Shown here: in pieces, positions 7,793-16,705 of the stretch | How positions within the stretch are numbered: the stretch's first letter is position 1 | Layout of the letters: each line of letters begins with the position of its first letter | IMG/VR virus record: IMGVR_UViG_3300044630_005405 | Span: 1 to 31,519 of that record | DNA: 31,519 nt | Reading direction: 5' to 3' (one strand) | DNA from: a virus | Lineage: Duplodnaviria; Caudoviricetes | Notes under the pieces: model-generated | What the model saw: the letters and a program-made list of their open reading frames with translations, nothing else | Databases searched by the model: none | What the model was told of the DNA's origin: nothing | Made by a program: the position numbers and the translations under genes

Positions 7793-9016
7793 ATGAGTAA
7801 GATAAATATCCTAGTAAACCCTAACGATCGCGCTGGGTCTGGTAAATATAGATGTGTTGACCCGCATGTTACTTTACAAAATAACCATGGATCCGATTTT
7901 TTCGTTGAGATCAACCATAATATTAATTTTGACGATGAGGCTTATTTGAAAAAGTTTCAGTTATTCTTCTTCCACAGGGTCCCAGGTAATAATTTTTTCA
8001 ACCCAGTTGACGTTATTAAGAAAATACAATCTTTTGGGGGTAAAGTTATCATCGATTTAGATGACCACTGGAATTTAGATCCTTCACACGGGATGTATAA
8101 CCAAGCTAAAAGCTCTAATTTTGCTGGTACAATAATATCTGTGATTAAACAATCTGATTTGATTACGGTAACAACTAGTATCCTACAAAAAGAGGTTTTA
8201 AAATACAACAAAAACTGTGTTATTTTACCTAACGCATTAAATCCAAACGAACCACAATTTAAACCAAACCCTAAAGAATCAAATAGACTTAGATTTGGTT
8301 GGCTTGGTGGTTCATCACACATAAAAGACATTGAACTACTGAAAGGTGTTCCGCAAAGAGCTAAAGAATATGCTGATAAAGTTCAATTTGTTCTTTGTGG
8401 TTACGATACCAGGGGTAAGGTTAAAATGTTCAACAAGGAGACTAATCAGTGGATGGAAAGACAAATGCAACCAATCGAAACAAGTTGGTTCATGTATGAG
8501 GTTTTCGTTACCGATAATTTTAGGTTACTGGAAAAATACCCAGATTACTTAAAATATTTGTTAAAGTTCGACCAACAGCTAACTTATGATGACAGTGATA
8601 TGCCGTATAAAAGAATATGGACAAAAAGTATCGAGTCATATGCTAAAGGTTATAACGAATTTGATGTCGCATTAGCCCCATTAGCTGAAAACTCTTTTAA
8701 CAAATATAAGTCACAATTAAAAATTATTGAGGCTGGTTTCCATAAAAAAGCTATTATTGCACAAAATTACGGCCCGTACACAATTGATTTAATTTCAGCA
8801 ATTGAAAAGGGTGGTGGTTTTAATGAGGCTGGTAATGCGTTGTTAGTAGATCCAAACAAGAATCATAAACAATGGAGCCAACACGTTAAAAGATTGGTTG
8901 ATAACCCTAATTTGGTTAAAGACCTTGGTGAAAAATTATATGAAACGGTTAAAGACGCGTATAATTTAAATAATGTGACAAGAGACAGAGCTGAAATTTA
9001 CAAAACATTAATATAA
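7793..9016 (+). CDS. GT-B fold glycosyltransferase (GT4-like)
   Basis: 'IIDLDDHW', 'FGWLGGSSHIKD' and 'DVALAPL..NSFNKYKSQLKIIEAG' are typical of phage GT4-like enzymes. Confidence 0.85.
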   Translation: MSKINILVNPNDRAGSGKYRCVDPHVTLQNNHGSDFFVEINHNINFDDEAYLKKFQLFFFHRVPGNNFFNPVDVIKKIQSFGGKVIIDLDDHWNLDPSHGMYNQAKSSNFAGTIISVIKQSDLITVTTSILQKEVLKYNKNCVILPNALNPNEPQFKPNPKESNRLRFGWLGGSSHIKDIELLKGVPQRAKEYADKVQFVLCGYDTRGKVKMFNKETNQWMERQMQPIETSWFMYEVFVTDNFRLLEKYPDYLKYLLKFDQQLTYDDSDMPYKRIWTKSIESYAKGYNEFDVALAPLAENSFNKYKSQLKIIEAGFHKKAIIAQNYGPYTIDLISAIEKGGGFNEAGNALLVDPNKNHKQWSQHVKRLVDNPNLVKDLGEKLYETVKDAYNLNNVTRDRAEIYKTLI

Positions 9017-9019
9017 AAT

Positions 9020-9601
9020 ATGGATAACCTACAAAATTTGGACATGAGTGAATTCTTTGATGATGAAACAAAGAATGAATTAGATGAGATTCTAAAACAA
9101 ACAAGTGATTTAATGGGTGGTTGGGAGTTTGACTCAGATGGTATGACAGTTAAACTAAAAGTGAAATTTATCAACAAATCTAACAATCCAGACCCCACTT
9201 ACGAAAAAGAGGGTGATAGCGGTTTTGATATAAGAGCTTTTCTCGATAAAACAATTGAAATCGAGCCTGGTAATAGGGCTTTAATACCAACTGGTTTGTA
9301 TTTCGAAATCCCAACTGGTTTTGAACTACAAGTTAGATCTAGAAGTGGGTTAGCGTTAAAAAACGGTATAATGGTTTTGAATAGCCCTGGTACCGTTGAT
9401 TCTGGTTATAGGGGTGAGATTGGCGTTATATTGTATAACACGGATAATGCGGCACCTTTTTATATCCACAATGGCGATAGAATAGCCCAAGGGGTGATTG
9501 CTGGGGTTCAAACAATGAATAAAACTAAATTTATAAAAACTGATTCACTTTCCTCATCCGATAGAGGTTTAGGTGGATTTGGTTCAACAGGTGTTAAATA
9601 A
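9020..9601 (+). CDS. dut: Trimeric dUTPase with an acidic N-terminal extension
   Basis: Five motifs present: SGFDI, RSRSGLA, GTVDSGYRGEI, GDRIAQG, RGLGGFGSTG. Confidence 0.97.
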   Translation: MDNLQNLDMSEFFDDETKNELDEILKQTSDLMGGWEFDSDGMTVKLKVKFINKSNNPDPTYEKEGDSGFDIRAFLDKTIEIEPGNRALIPTGLYFEIPTGFELQVRSRSGLALKNGIMVLNSPGTVDSGYRGEIGVILYNTDNAAPFYIHNGDRIAQGVIAGVQTMNKTKFIKTDSLSSSDRGLGGFGSTGVK

Positions 9602-9906
9602 TGGTAGAAGAATTTAAGGATCAGATAAAGGCTTACAATGCGATTACACCAGATGTTCTTAATCGTATAGAATATAAAACGGTGTGGTCTGGGAAAAGAA
9701 TACAGGTGGGTGATAAAGTTTTATATGCCTTTGTCTACCCAATGAATTCTGAAGATTACAAACTAGCCACATTTATTGAGCGTGAACTAAACGAGGTATC
9801 CGATAAGTTTACCTTTATTCAAAAAATAAAGGGTATAATACCCGTTTTAAAATATAAAGGTGATACGTTAGAAAGACCTTTAATCGTAGAAGAAGAGTAT
9901 GAATAA
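9601..9906 (+). CDS. Hypothetical protein
   Basis: 101-aa ORF, translationally coupled on both sides. Confidence 0.75.
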   Translation: MVEEFKDQIKAYNAITPDVLNRIEYKTVWSGKRIQVGDKVLYAFVYPMNSEDYKLATFIERELNEVSDKFTFIQKIKGIIPVLKYKGDTLERPLIVEEEYE

Positions 9907-11332
9907 TATTAAAATCAGTATCGTTTTTTCAACCAGAAAAATAGACGACAATTTTGTTGAGCATTTAAAAAAAACTTGCCTACATAAGGGTGTAGAGGTT
10001 TTACCGTATGAAAATAACGGTGAATATTCTTTAACGGAAGTCTATAACAAAGGTTTAAAGGAAGCTGAAAGTGATATTATTGTTTTCTGCCATGACGATA
10101 TTATTTTTAATACTAAGAACTGGGGTGAAAAGGTTATAAAAGCTTTTAATCGACACCAAGAATACGGCATTCTAGGCCTTGCTGGTACAACGCACATGGT
10201 AGATGGTATGTGGTGGAAAGTTAGGAAGGCGATGCACGGACGCGTTAAACATACGGACGGAACAAAAGTATGGGAAAATAAGTATTCTGAGAGCTACGGT
10301 AATCAGTTAAAAGAAGTTGTTGCGGTTGATGGTGTATTTATGGCTGTTCATAGGCGCAGGATCGTTCTTGGCTTCGACCAAAGATTCGAAGGGTTCCATT
10401 TTTATGATATACCTTTTTGTGTGGAAAACTATTTAGAAGGTGTTGATGTGGGTGTCATGTCTAATATCGAAATAATACATAAATCAGTTGGTTTAACTAG
10501 TGAGAAATGGGAATCAAATAAAAAATTATTTGAAGAGATCTATTCTGAGTATCTACCAATTTGCCTTGATAAAGAAAATGAACACATAGTTTTTGATCAA
10601 ACACTACCTAAAGTTGATGTGCACGTACTATGCTGGAATGAGGAGAAAATAATACCGCATTTCCTAAGGCACTATGAAAATTTTGTTAATAATATTGTTG
10701 TTTACGATAATATGTCAACTGACAAAAGCCTTAGTATTTTAAAAAAACACCCTAAGGTTAAGATTGTACCCTACGATACTAAAGGTGAGATTAGAGATGA
10801 TGCGTATTTAATGATCAAAAATAACGGTTGGAAGCAATCTAAAAACGCTGACATTGTTATTGTTTGTGATATGGATGAATTCCTTTATTCAGATGATCTG
10901 GGTCAATATCTAAGGGATTTTAATGAAAGTGGTGCAACAATCATAAAACCAACTGGTTTTGAAATGATGATTAAAGATTTTGACTTAACGAAATCTGGTT
11001 TTTTACTTGGTGATGTTACACACGGTTATGAACATAACCATTTTGATAAGTTATGTATGTTCAAACCAAAAGAGATCGGTGAAATAAACTATAATTTTGG
11101 TTGTCATGTCGCTTCACCAAAAGGTAATGTGGTTTTTTATGATAAACCAATTAAACTGTTACATTTAAAAAAAATAGGTTTAAATTATTTTTTAGAAAAG
11201 ATGAGAGCTTATCACAAGAGATTAAGTAAATTTAATCGTGATAGGGCTTTAGGTTATCAATATGACTTTTCAGCGGAAAAACATGAAGAAATGTTTATTT
11301 CTGAATTGAACAAAATTAAAAAGGTTTTATGA
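9899..11332 (+). CDS. Two-domain GT-A (GT2-like) glycosyltransferase
   Basis: N-domain 'IVFCHDDI...AVDGVF...GFHFYD'. C-domain 'CWNEEKIIPHFLRHY...YDNMSTD...VCDMDEFL...LLHLK'. Two separate DxD-type motifs. Confidence 0.85.
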   Translation: MNNIKISIVFSTRKIDDNFVEHLKKTCLHKGVEVLPYENNGEYSLTEVYNKGLKEAESDIIVFCHDDIIFNTKNWGEKVIKAFNRHQEYGILGLAGTTHMVDGMWWKVRKAMHGRVKHTDGTKVWENKYSESYGNQLKEVVAVDGVFMAVHRRRIVLGFDQRFEGFHFYDIPFCVENYLEGVDVGVMSNIEIIHKSVGLTSEKWESNKKLFEEIYSEYLPICLDKENEHIVFDQTLPKVDVHVLCWNEEKIIPHFLRHYENFVNNIVVYDNMSTDKSLSILKKHPKVKIVPYDTKGEIRDDAYLMIKNNGWKQSKNADIVIVCDMDEFLYSDDLGQYLRDFNESGATIIKPTGFEMMIKDFDLTKSGFLLGDVTHGYEHNHFDKLCMFKPKEIGEINYNFGCHVASPKGNVVFYDKPIKLLHLKKIGLNYFLEKMRAYHKRLSKFNRDRALGYQYDFSAEKHEEMFISELNKIKKVL

Positions 11333-11862
11333 GAGAAATTTTATTAATTGGTAACGGTCCCTCTTGTTTAAATAACGAATGTGGTGAATTAATAGATTCA
11401 CATGATATCGTTGTCAGGTTTAATAATTTTGAAACAGAATCTTTTGAAAGATTTGTTGGTAAAAAAACAAATTATTGGATCAAGACTGGCATGTCAAATA
11501 AACATGATAATACTCAGTTTGACCAAAGGTTTTTTGTTTATCCTAGCGTTGCAACACCCAACACCCAAAAAATTAACGAACTAACTGAAAATGGTTATAC
11601 CATAATACCAGTTAGTTTTTACGATAAAATTAATAGACTTATTAATAAAAACAATTCATGGGCCACCACTGGTCTTGTGATGATATTTTATTTTATTGAG
11701 CAAGGTTATACCGTAAAGATACACGGTTTTGATTTTTTTAAAAACGGTGTACACTACTATGAGGATGACTCGGTAATGAAAGGGCACGCGCCGAATATTG
11801 AGGAATCTTTGGTTAGTGAATTAATAAGAGATGGTAAAGTTAAATTATTAATTGATGGATAA
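11329..11862 (+). CDS. GT29-like sialyltransferase (minimal, soluble)
   Basis: Sialylmotif L 'LIGNGPSCLNNECGELIDSHDIVVRFN...VGKKT', motif S 'TTGLVMI...VKIHGFD', motif III 'HYYE' and VS 'HAPNIE' (HxxxxE). Confidence 0.85.
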   Translation: MREILLIGNGPSCLNNECGELIDSHDIVVRFNNFETESFERFVGKKTNYWIKTGMSNKHDNTQFDQRFFVYPSVATPNTQKINELTENGYTIIPVSFYDKINRLINKNNSWATTGLVMIFYFIEQGYTVKIHGFDFFKNGVHYYEDDSVMKGHAPNIEESLVSELIRDGKVKLLIDG

Positions 11863-12502
11863 TATTACAATACTGATCCCAGCTAGAAGAAATTCAAAAG
11901 GACTCCCTTTTAAAAATAGGATTTTATTCGATAACACGATTAATATTATCCCCGCTGAATTGCTTGATAAAGTGCTGATCTCAACAGACGATGAGGTTTT
12001 AATTGAAAAAACTAGGTCAATGGGTTTAAATGTTTCTATTAGACCAGATAATTTAGCTAAAGATGAAACCAGTACAAAAGATGTGGTACAATACCACATT
12101 GATAGTGGTGATATTGATGAAAAATCTGTTGTTATAATGCTTTATCTCACATATCCAGAGAGGACTTGGGTTGACGTTGAAAGGGCTTATAACACTTTTC
12201 TTGAAAGTTCTAGCAAGTCCCTTTTATGTAAAAAAGATATAAAAGGTACACACCCTTATTTATACATGTTTGATTTAGGGGATAACAAAGGCAAACAATT
12301 AATTGAGCATAATCTATACAGAAGGCAAGATTATCCGTTATTATTTGAAATTTCTCACTATATAGCTATATTTAATATTAGTTACTTTAATGAACTTAAT
12401 AATAATTTATATAACAATGAAACATTTTTTTTAAAAATTGATGATGTTACAGACGTTGACACAAAAGTCGATCTAGATGGGGTATTTCGTAAAGAAAAAT
12501 AG
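11852..12502 (+). CDS. neuA: CMP-nonulosonate synthetase (acylneuraminate cytidylyltransferase)
   Basis: 'ILIPARRNSKGLPFKN', 'ISTDD', 'RPDNLAKD', 'RRQDYP' and 'DVDTKVD'. The start is at 11852 or 11855. Confidence 0.9.
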   Translation: MMDNITILIPARRNSKGLPFKNRILFDNTINIIPAELLDKVLISTDDEVLIEKTRSMGLNVSIRPDNLAKDETSTKDVVQYHIDSGDIDEKSVVIMLYLTYPERTWVDVERAYNTFLESSSKSLLCKKDIKGTHPYLYMFDLGDNKGKQLIEHNLYRRQDYPLLFEISHYIAIFNISYFNELNNNLYNNETFFLKIDDVTDVDTKVDLDGVFRKEK

Positions 12503-14315
12503 GGCTATAACCAGCAAATTAATCAAACAAGAGGTTATTGATAAAGAGGTTAATATTGATGCGGCGATACAAGATAGTATTGTCGAAGAAGTTAATATTA
12601 TCCCAGAGAAAAAAGATATAAAGAAAAAAACACATATACAGGAAGAACCTGTATATAAAACAACAATAAAACCTACAATCGAGAAGAAAGAGGTTACCGC
12701 TATCCAGCCAGTTAAAAAAGAAGAGGTGGTGAAAATTGATTTGACAGATAAAGCGACAATTAAAATGAATAGGGTTTTACCCGAAAGATACGCATTAACG
12801 ACAATATTAAATAACCCTTTCGCCGACCATTTTTATGTTTTTATAAACTCATTTTTGGAGAACAATCCTTGGTTTAACGGGGATCTGATTATAATGTATA
12901 GTGATGAATTATCACCATTATCTGACGAAAAAATTGATGAGTTAAAACTGTTTTATAGAAAAACAATTTTTAAAAAAATTGATACAACTGGCCACTACAA
13001 CGATGTGATAACTTTATTTAAAAGTAAGATAAGTAAAAATTTTCATAGATTTGTACCATCGGTATTAACAATTGAAACCTTTAATTTTACCGATTACGAT
13101 AAAGTTTTATATTTGGATAGCGATATGTTAGTTGTTAACTCTTTAAGGGAGTTATACCTAATTGACCATGACATTGCTGCAACGAGAGATACATCCGAGT
13201 ATATAAGGAAACCAATTATTAAAAAAGCTGGTTCTGATGATGTTTTATTAAATGGTGGTTTTTTATTATTGAGTGGTTCTTTTATGCGATCAGATGAACA
13301 TGTTAAAAACATGTTAGATCTATTCCCTAAATTAACAAATCCGAAATTTTTGGATCAAAGCCTACTCAACGAGTATTTGAAAAATTTTGACGTTTTATTT
13401 TTGTCATCAGATTATAACTTATTAAAAAGATGTTTTGATGATTCTAAAGCGACTGAATTAACTAACTCATTAAAAGATATAAAAGTTATACACTATGTTG
13501 GTGAAAAACCTTGGAATATTAAACAAAAGGAGTTTGAAAAAGATTATAAAGCCATTGAAAAACTTTGGCTAGATTACTCTAAAAAATATAGATTTTTATC
13601 TGTTGATTTAGGTAGTGTTAGTTTAGTTTCATCTGGTATCGGTAATGAAATGTTATATTCGGTTTTACCTGAAATATTACAAACTAGAGTTGTGACAACA
13701 AATTGGGGTTTTAAATTGGCCCATCTGTTTGATGTGGATTACTATTATTGCTCAACAAATGAAATAGCGTTATTAAACGAAATAACTAACGGTAACTTTA
13801 ACCCAGATAAATTGTGGTTATTAACTAGTAATGTTAGAAAAACTTTAGAAAAACAACACCCAACAAGCACGCACAATGTCGACCCATTTAACTTTATGTG
13901 CGCTAGATCAAACTCATATTATTCAATAACAAAGAGAAGGGAACATAACAAAAAGCTACCCCTACCAACATCTGGTGTTAGTATGATGTTATTCTTTAGT
14001 TTATTAAATACTAAACGTATTAATATAGTTGGTTACAACCTATATAGTAGGATGAACGCTGACGGTTCTTTTAAAGAACACGGAGTCTCAAAGTTCGTAA
14101 ACCCGTATTTTGACGAGAATAAACCACACTCCCTTGACTTTGATCTTAATTTTGTTATTATTGCTTTAAGTAATTTTATTAACAAAAACGTAAAAGTTAG
14201 ATTCTATGATTCGGATGTAATAAGAGACATTTACAGTATGATGATAGACGGTTTTGACGCTGGTGAAATTATAACAACGATAAAAGCAAAATATTATGAA
14301 GAACAACAAAGTTAA
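12477..14315 (+). CDS. Fusion: K/E-rich N-terminal extension + GT8 glycosyltransferase + C-terminal sialyltransferase-like (GT42/GT29/Maf-fold) domain
   Basis: GT8 motifs 'YLDSDML', 'NGGFLLL', 'DQSLLN', 'YN' and 'IHYVGEKPW'. The C-domain 'PTSGVSMMLFFSLLNTKRINIVGYNLY...HSLDFD' resembles CstII 'TSGVYMCAVAIALGYKEIYLSGIDFY...HSKNTD'. Confidence 0.8.
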   Translation: MGYFVKKNRAITSKLIKQEVIDKEVNIDAAIQDSIVEEVNIIPEKKDIKKKTHIQEEPVYKTTIKPTIEKKEVTAIQPVKKEEVVKIDLTDKATIKMNRVLPERYALTTILNNPFADHFYVFINSFLENNPWFNGDLIIMYSDELSPLSDEKIDELKLFYRKTIFKKIDTTGHYNDVITLFKSKISKNFHRFVPSVLTIETFNFTDYDKVLYLDSDMLVVNSLRELYLIDHDIAATRDTSEYIRKPIIKKAGSDDVLLNGGFLLLSGSFMRSDEHVKNMLDLFPKLTNPKFLDQSLLNEYLKNFDVLFLSSDYNLLKRCFDDSKATELTNSLKDIKVIHYVGEKPWNIKQKEFEKDYKAIEKLWLDYSKKYRFLSVDLGSVSLVSSGIGNEMLYSVLPEILQTRVVTTNWGFKLAHLFDVDYYYCSTNEIALLNEITNGNFNPDKLWLLTSNVRKTLEKQHPTSTHNVDPFNFMCARSNSYYSITKRREHNKKLPLPTSGVSMMLFFSLLNTKRINIVGYNLYSRMNADGSFKEHGVSKFVNPYFDENKPHSLDFDLNFVIIALSNFINKNVKVRFYDSDVIRDIYSMMIDGFDAGEIITTIKAKYYEEQQS

Positions 14316-15144
14316 TGTAATCGCTGAAATAGGTATTAACCACAATGGCGATATTGAAGTAGCTAAACAATTAATCATGGTGGCTAAAGCCGCTGGATGT
14401 GATTATGTAAAATTTCAAAAAAGAAACCCAGACGTTTGCGTCCCAGAGGAACAAAAAAGTAAGATGCGTCAAACACCATGGGGTGAAATGACATATTTGG
14501 AATATAAATGGAGAACTGAGTTTGGTGAATCGGAATATCAAGAAATTGATTTATTCTGTAACCAAATTGGTATCAAATGGTTTGTATCCGTTTGGGATAA
14601 AGATTCGGTTGACTTCATGCGTAAATTTGACGGTGCCAATGCATACGATGGTTCAATGAAAATCCCTTCAGCTCTAATCACCGATTTAGAACTTTGTCAA
14701 TACGCTAAAGCAAACTGTAAAAAATTAATGATCTCAACTGGTATGAGTACCGAAGATGAAGTTAGAGCTTGTATTAATGCTTGTGACCCCGATGTTATCA
14801 TGCACACTAACTCAACATACCCATGTCCCGTTGAAGAATTGAATTTAAATTATATTAACTGGCTTAAAAACTGGTACCCTGAAAAAGAAATTGGGTACAG
14901 TGGTCATGAATATGGTCTTGTTACAACATTTGCAACGGTACCTATGGGTGTTACCTGGATTGAACGTCATATTACTTTGGATAGGACTATGTGGGGTTCC
15001 GACCATTCAGCGTCTATTGAACCATCTGGTTTATTTAAATTAGTCAAAGGTATTCGTGATATAGAAGCGGGTTTAAATATTCCGATAAAAGCTAGAGAAC
15101 TTTTTGGCGGTGAGTTGGCTAAGATGAAAACACTTAGAAAATGA
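14296..15144 (+). CDS. neuB: NeuB-family nonulosonate(-9-phosphate) synthase lacking the C-terminal SAF/antifreeze-like domain
   Basis: 'IAEIGINHNG', 'VKFQ', 'KIPS', 'ISTGM', 'HTNSTYP', 'GYSGHE' and 'ERHITLDR...GSDH'. It ends at 282 aa with 'KMKTLRK', where the SAF domain would begin. Confidence 0.93.
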   Translation: MKNNKVNVIAEIGINHNGDIEVAKQLIMVAKAAGCDYVKFQKRNPDVCVPEEQKSKMRQTPWGEMTYLEYKWRTEFGESEYQEIDLFCNQIGIKWFVSVWDKDSVDFMRKFDGANAYDGSMKIPSALITDLELCQYAKANCKKLMISTGMSTEDEVRACINACDPDVIMHTNSTYPCPVEELNLNYINWLKNWYPEKEIGYSGHEYGLVTTFATVPMGVTWIERHITLDRTMWGSDHSASIEPSGLFKLVKGIRDIEAGLNIPIKARELFGGELAKMKTLRK

Positions 15145-15791
15145 TAAGAACAGAAACACTATTAGATCACACAATATTAGTTAATAAAAAAAATGATATC
15201 GTTATTTTTGATTTAGGTACTAATGATGGTAGATTCTATGAAAAATTTATTGAGTTTTTTGGTTTAGATTCGATTAAAAAATATGTCGGTGTTGAACCCA
15301 ATATTGAATTATTTAAAAACAATCTACTGCCGTTATGTAATGATAAAGTTGTTATGGTAAATAAAGCCATATATAACGAAAGTAATGTTGAATTATTTTT
15401 CACTGAAGTTGAAAACCACGAAGCTGGTAACATTTTAGCGGAAGATAATAAATATTTTAAATGGGGTGAAGAGGAGCCAAAAAAATACATGGTTAACACA
15501 ATCACAATTTCAGATTTAATGAACGATGTTGGTGTTGATTATATTGATTATTTAAAAATTGATATCGAGGGTTCTGAATATTTTTTAATAGATAGCCTGA
15601 CACCAGAAATCTGCAATAAAATAAATCAAATATCTATAGAGTTTCATGATTTCATCGACCCAGATCTAAAAGATAAAACAAACGAATATGTACAAAAAAT
15701 AATCGATCTTGGGTATAACCTACATTTTTCATCAAAATGGGTGGGTAGGTTTGGTACAGATTACATGGATTGCCTATTTATAAGAAAATAG
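15141..15791 (+). CDS. FkbM-family SAM-dependent methyltransferase
   Basis: 'IFDLGTNDG', 'GVEPN', 'IDYLKIDIEGSE' and 'QISIEFH'. Confidence 0.88.
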   Translation: MIRTETLLDHTILVNKKNDIVIFDLGTNDGRFYEKFIEFFGLDSIKKYVGVEPNIELFKNNLLPLCNDKVVMVNKAIYNESNVELFFTEVENHEAGNILAEDNKYFKWGEEEPKKYMVNTITISDLMNDVGVDYIDYLKIDIEGSEYFLIDSLTPEICNKINQISIEFHDFIDPDLKDKTNEYVQKIIDLGYNLHFSSKWVGRFGTDYMDCLFIRK

Positions 15792-15793
15792 TT

Positions 15794-16420
15794 ATGGAAA
15801 AAAAAGAGTTAATAAATTTTTGGGAAACGTGCGACCCAGTTTTTTCGCACATAGAAATAAACGATTATCTAGGTGATTTTGATACCCTAACAAAAAGTTG
15901 GGAGAATAATTTTATCGGTAAATATGATTTTAATGATAAAGTTGTGGTTGATTACGGTATAGGTGGTGGTTTTTTGGGTCAATATCTTTTTTCAACTAAA
16001 AACATAAAAAAATATATTGGTTTTGATATATCTGATAGGCAATTAGCTGAAGCTAGTAATAATTTAAACGGTTTAAACGTTGATCTTTACAATGTAAACA
16101 ATAAAGAAACATTTAATGATTTAGGTGCCGACATTTTTATATCGCAGGCTGTTATACAACATTTTCCAGATGAAAAATATTTTATCAACTTTTTAAGGAA
16201 TGTAAATGACTCTAATATCAGTGAGGTGATGCTACAGATAAGATACAATAAAAAGACTATCTTTAGAGGTGATTACAGTCAAAGAGAGAATGTTAGATTA
16301 GCTTGCCAGACAAATTCCGATTACATCCTAGGTTATTTAACAAATTACAACTTAGTCGCTGGTAAGCGATTAGAGGGTAAATCTAACTATGAGTTTTTAT
16401 TTTTTGAAAAGGTATGTTAA
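15794..16420 (+). CDS. Class I SAM-dependent methyltransferase
   Basis: 'VVDYGIGGG', 'GFDIS' and 'FISQAVIQHFP'. ATG 15794 (2 nt after the previous stop) is preferred over TTG 15770. Confidence 0.85.
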   Translation: MEKKELINFWETCDPVFSHIEINDYLGDFDTLTKSWENNFIGKYDFNDKVVVDYGIGGGFLGQYLFSTKNIKKYIGFDISDRQLAEASNNLNGLNVDLYNVNNKETFNDLGADIFISQAVIQHFPDEKYFINFLRNVNDSNISEVMLQIRYNKKTIFRGDYSQRENVRLACQTNSDYILGYLTNYNLVAGKRLEGKSNYEFLFFEKVC

Positions 16421-16704
16421 TATACGTTGACATTGACCACACTATCTGTAGTACCAATGGTACGGATTATGCTAGTTCAGAACCAATGCTTGACAGGATA
16501 AAAAAAATAAATGATCTATATGATGAGGGTAATACTATAGTTTATTGGACCGCAAGAGGTTCGGTAACTGGTATTGATCATTCTGAATTAACAAAAAAAC
16601 AGTTTAAAGCTTGGGGTGTTAAATACCATGAACTAAAATTTGGTAAACCACCTTATGATTTATTTATTGATGATAAAAACATAAACAGCGAAAATTATTT
16701 TTAA
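16414..16704 (+). CDS. Minimal capless HAD-superfamily phosphatase (capsule-biosynthesis-phosphatase-like)
   Basis: Motif I 'YVDIDHTI', motif II 'WTAR', and motifs III/IV 'GKPPYDLFIDDK'. Confidence 0.85.
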   Translation: MLIYVDIDHTICSTNGTDYASSEPMLDRIKKINDLYDEGNTIVYWTARGSVTGIDHSELTKKQFKAWGVKYHELKFGKPPYDLFIDDKNINSENYF

Positions 16705-16705
16705 T

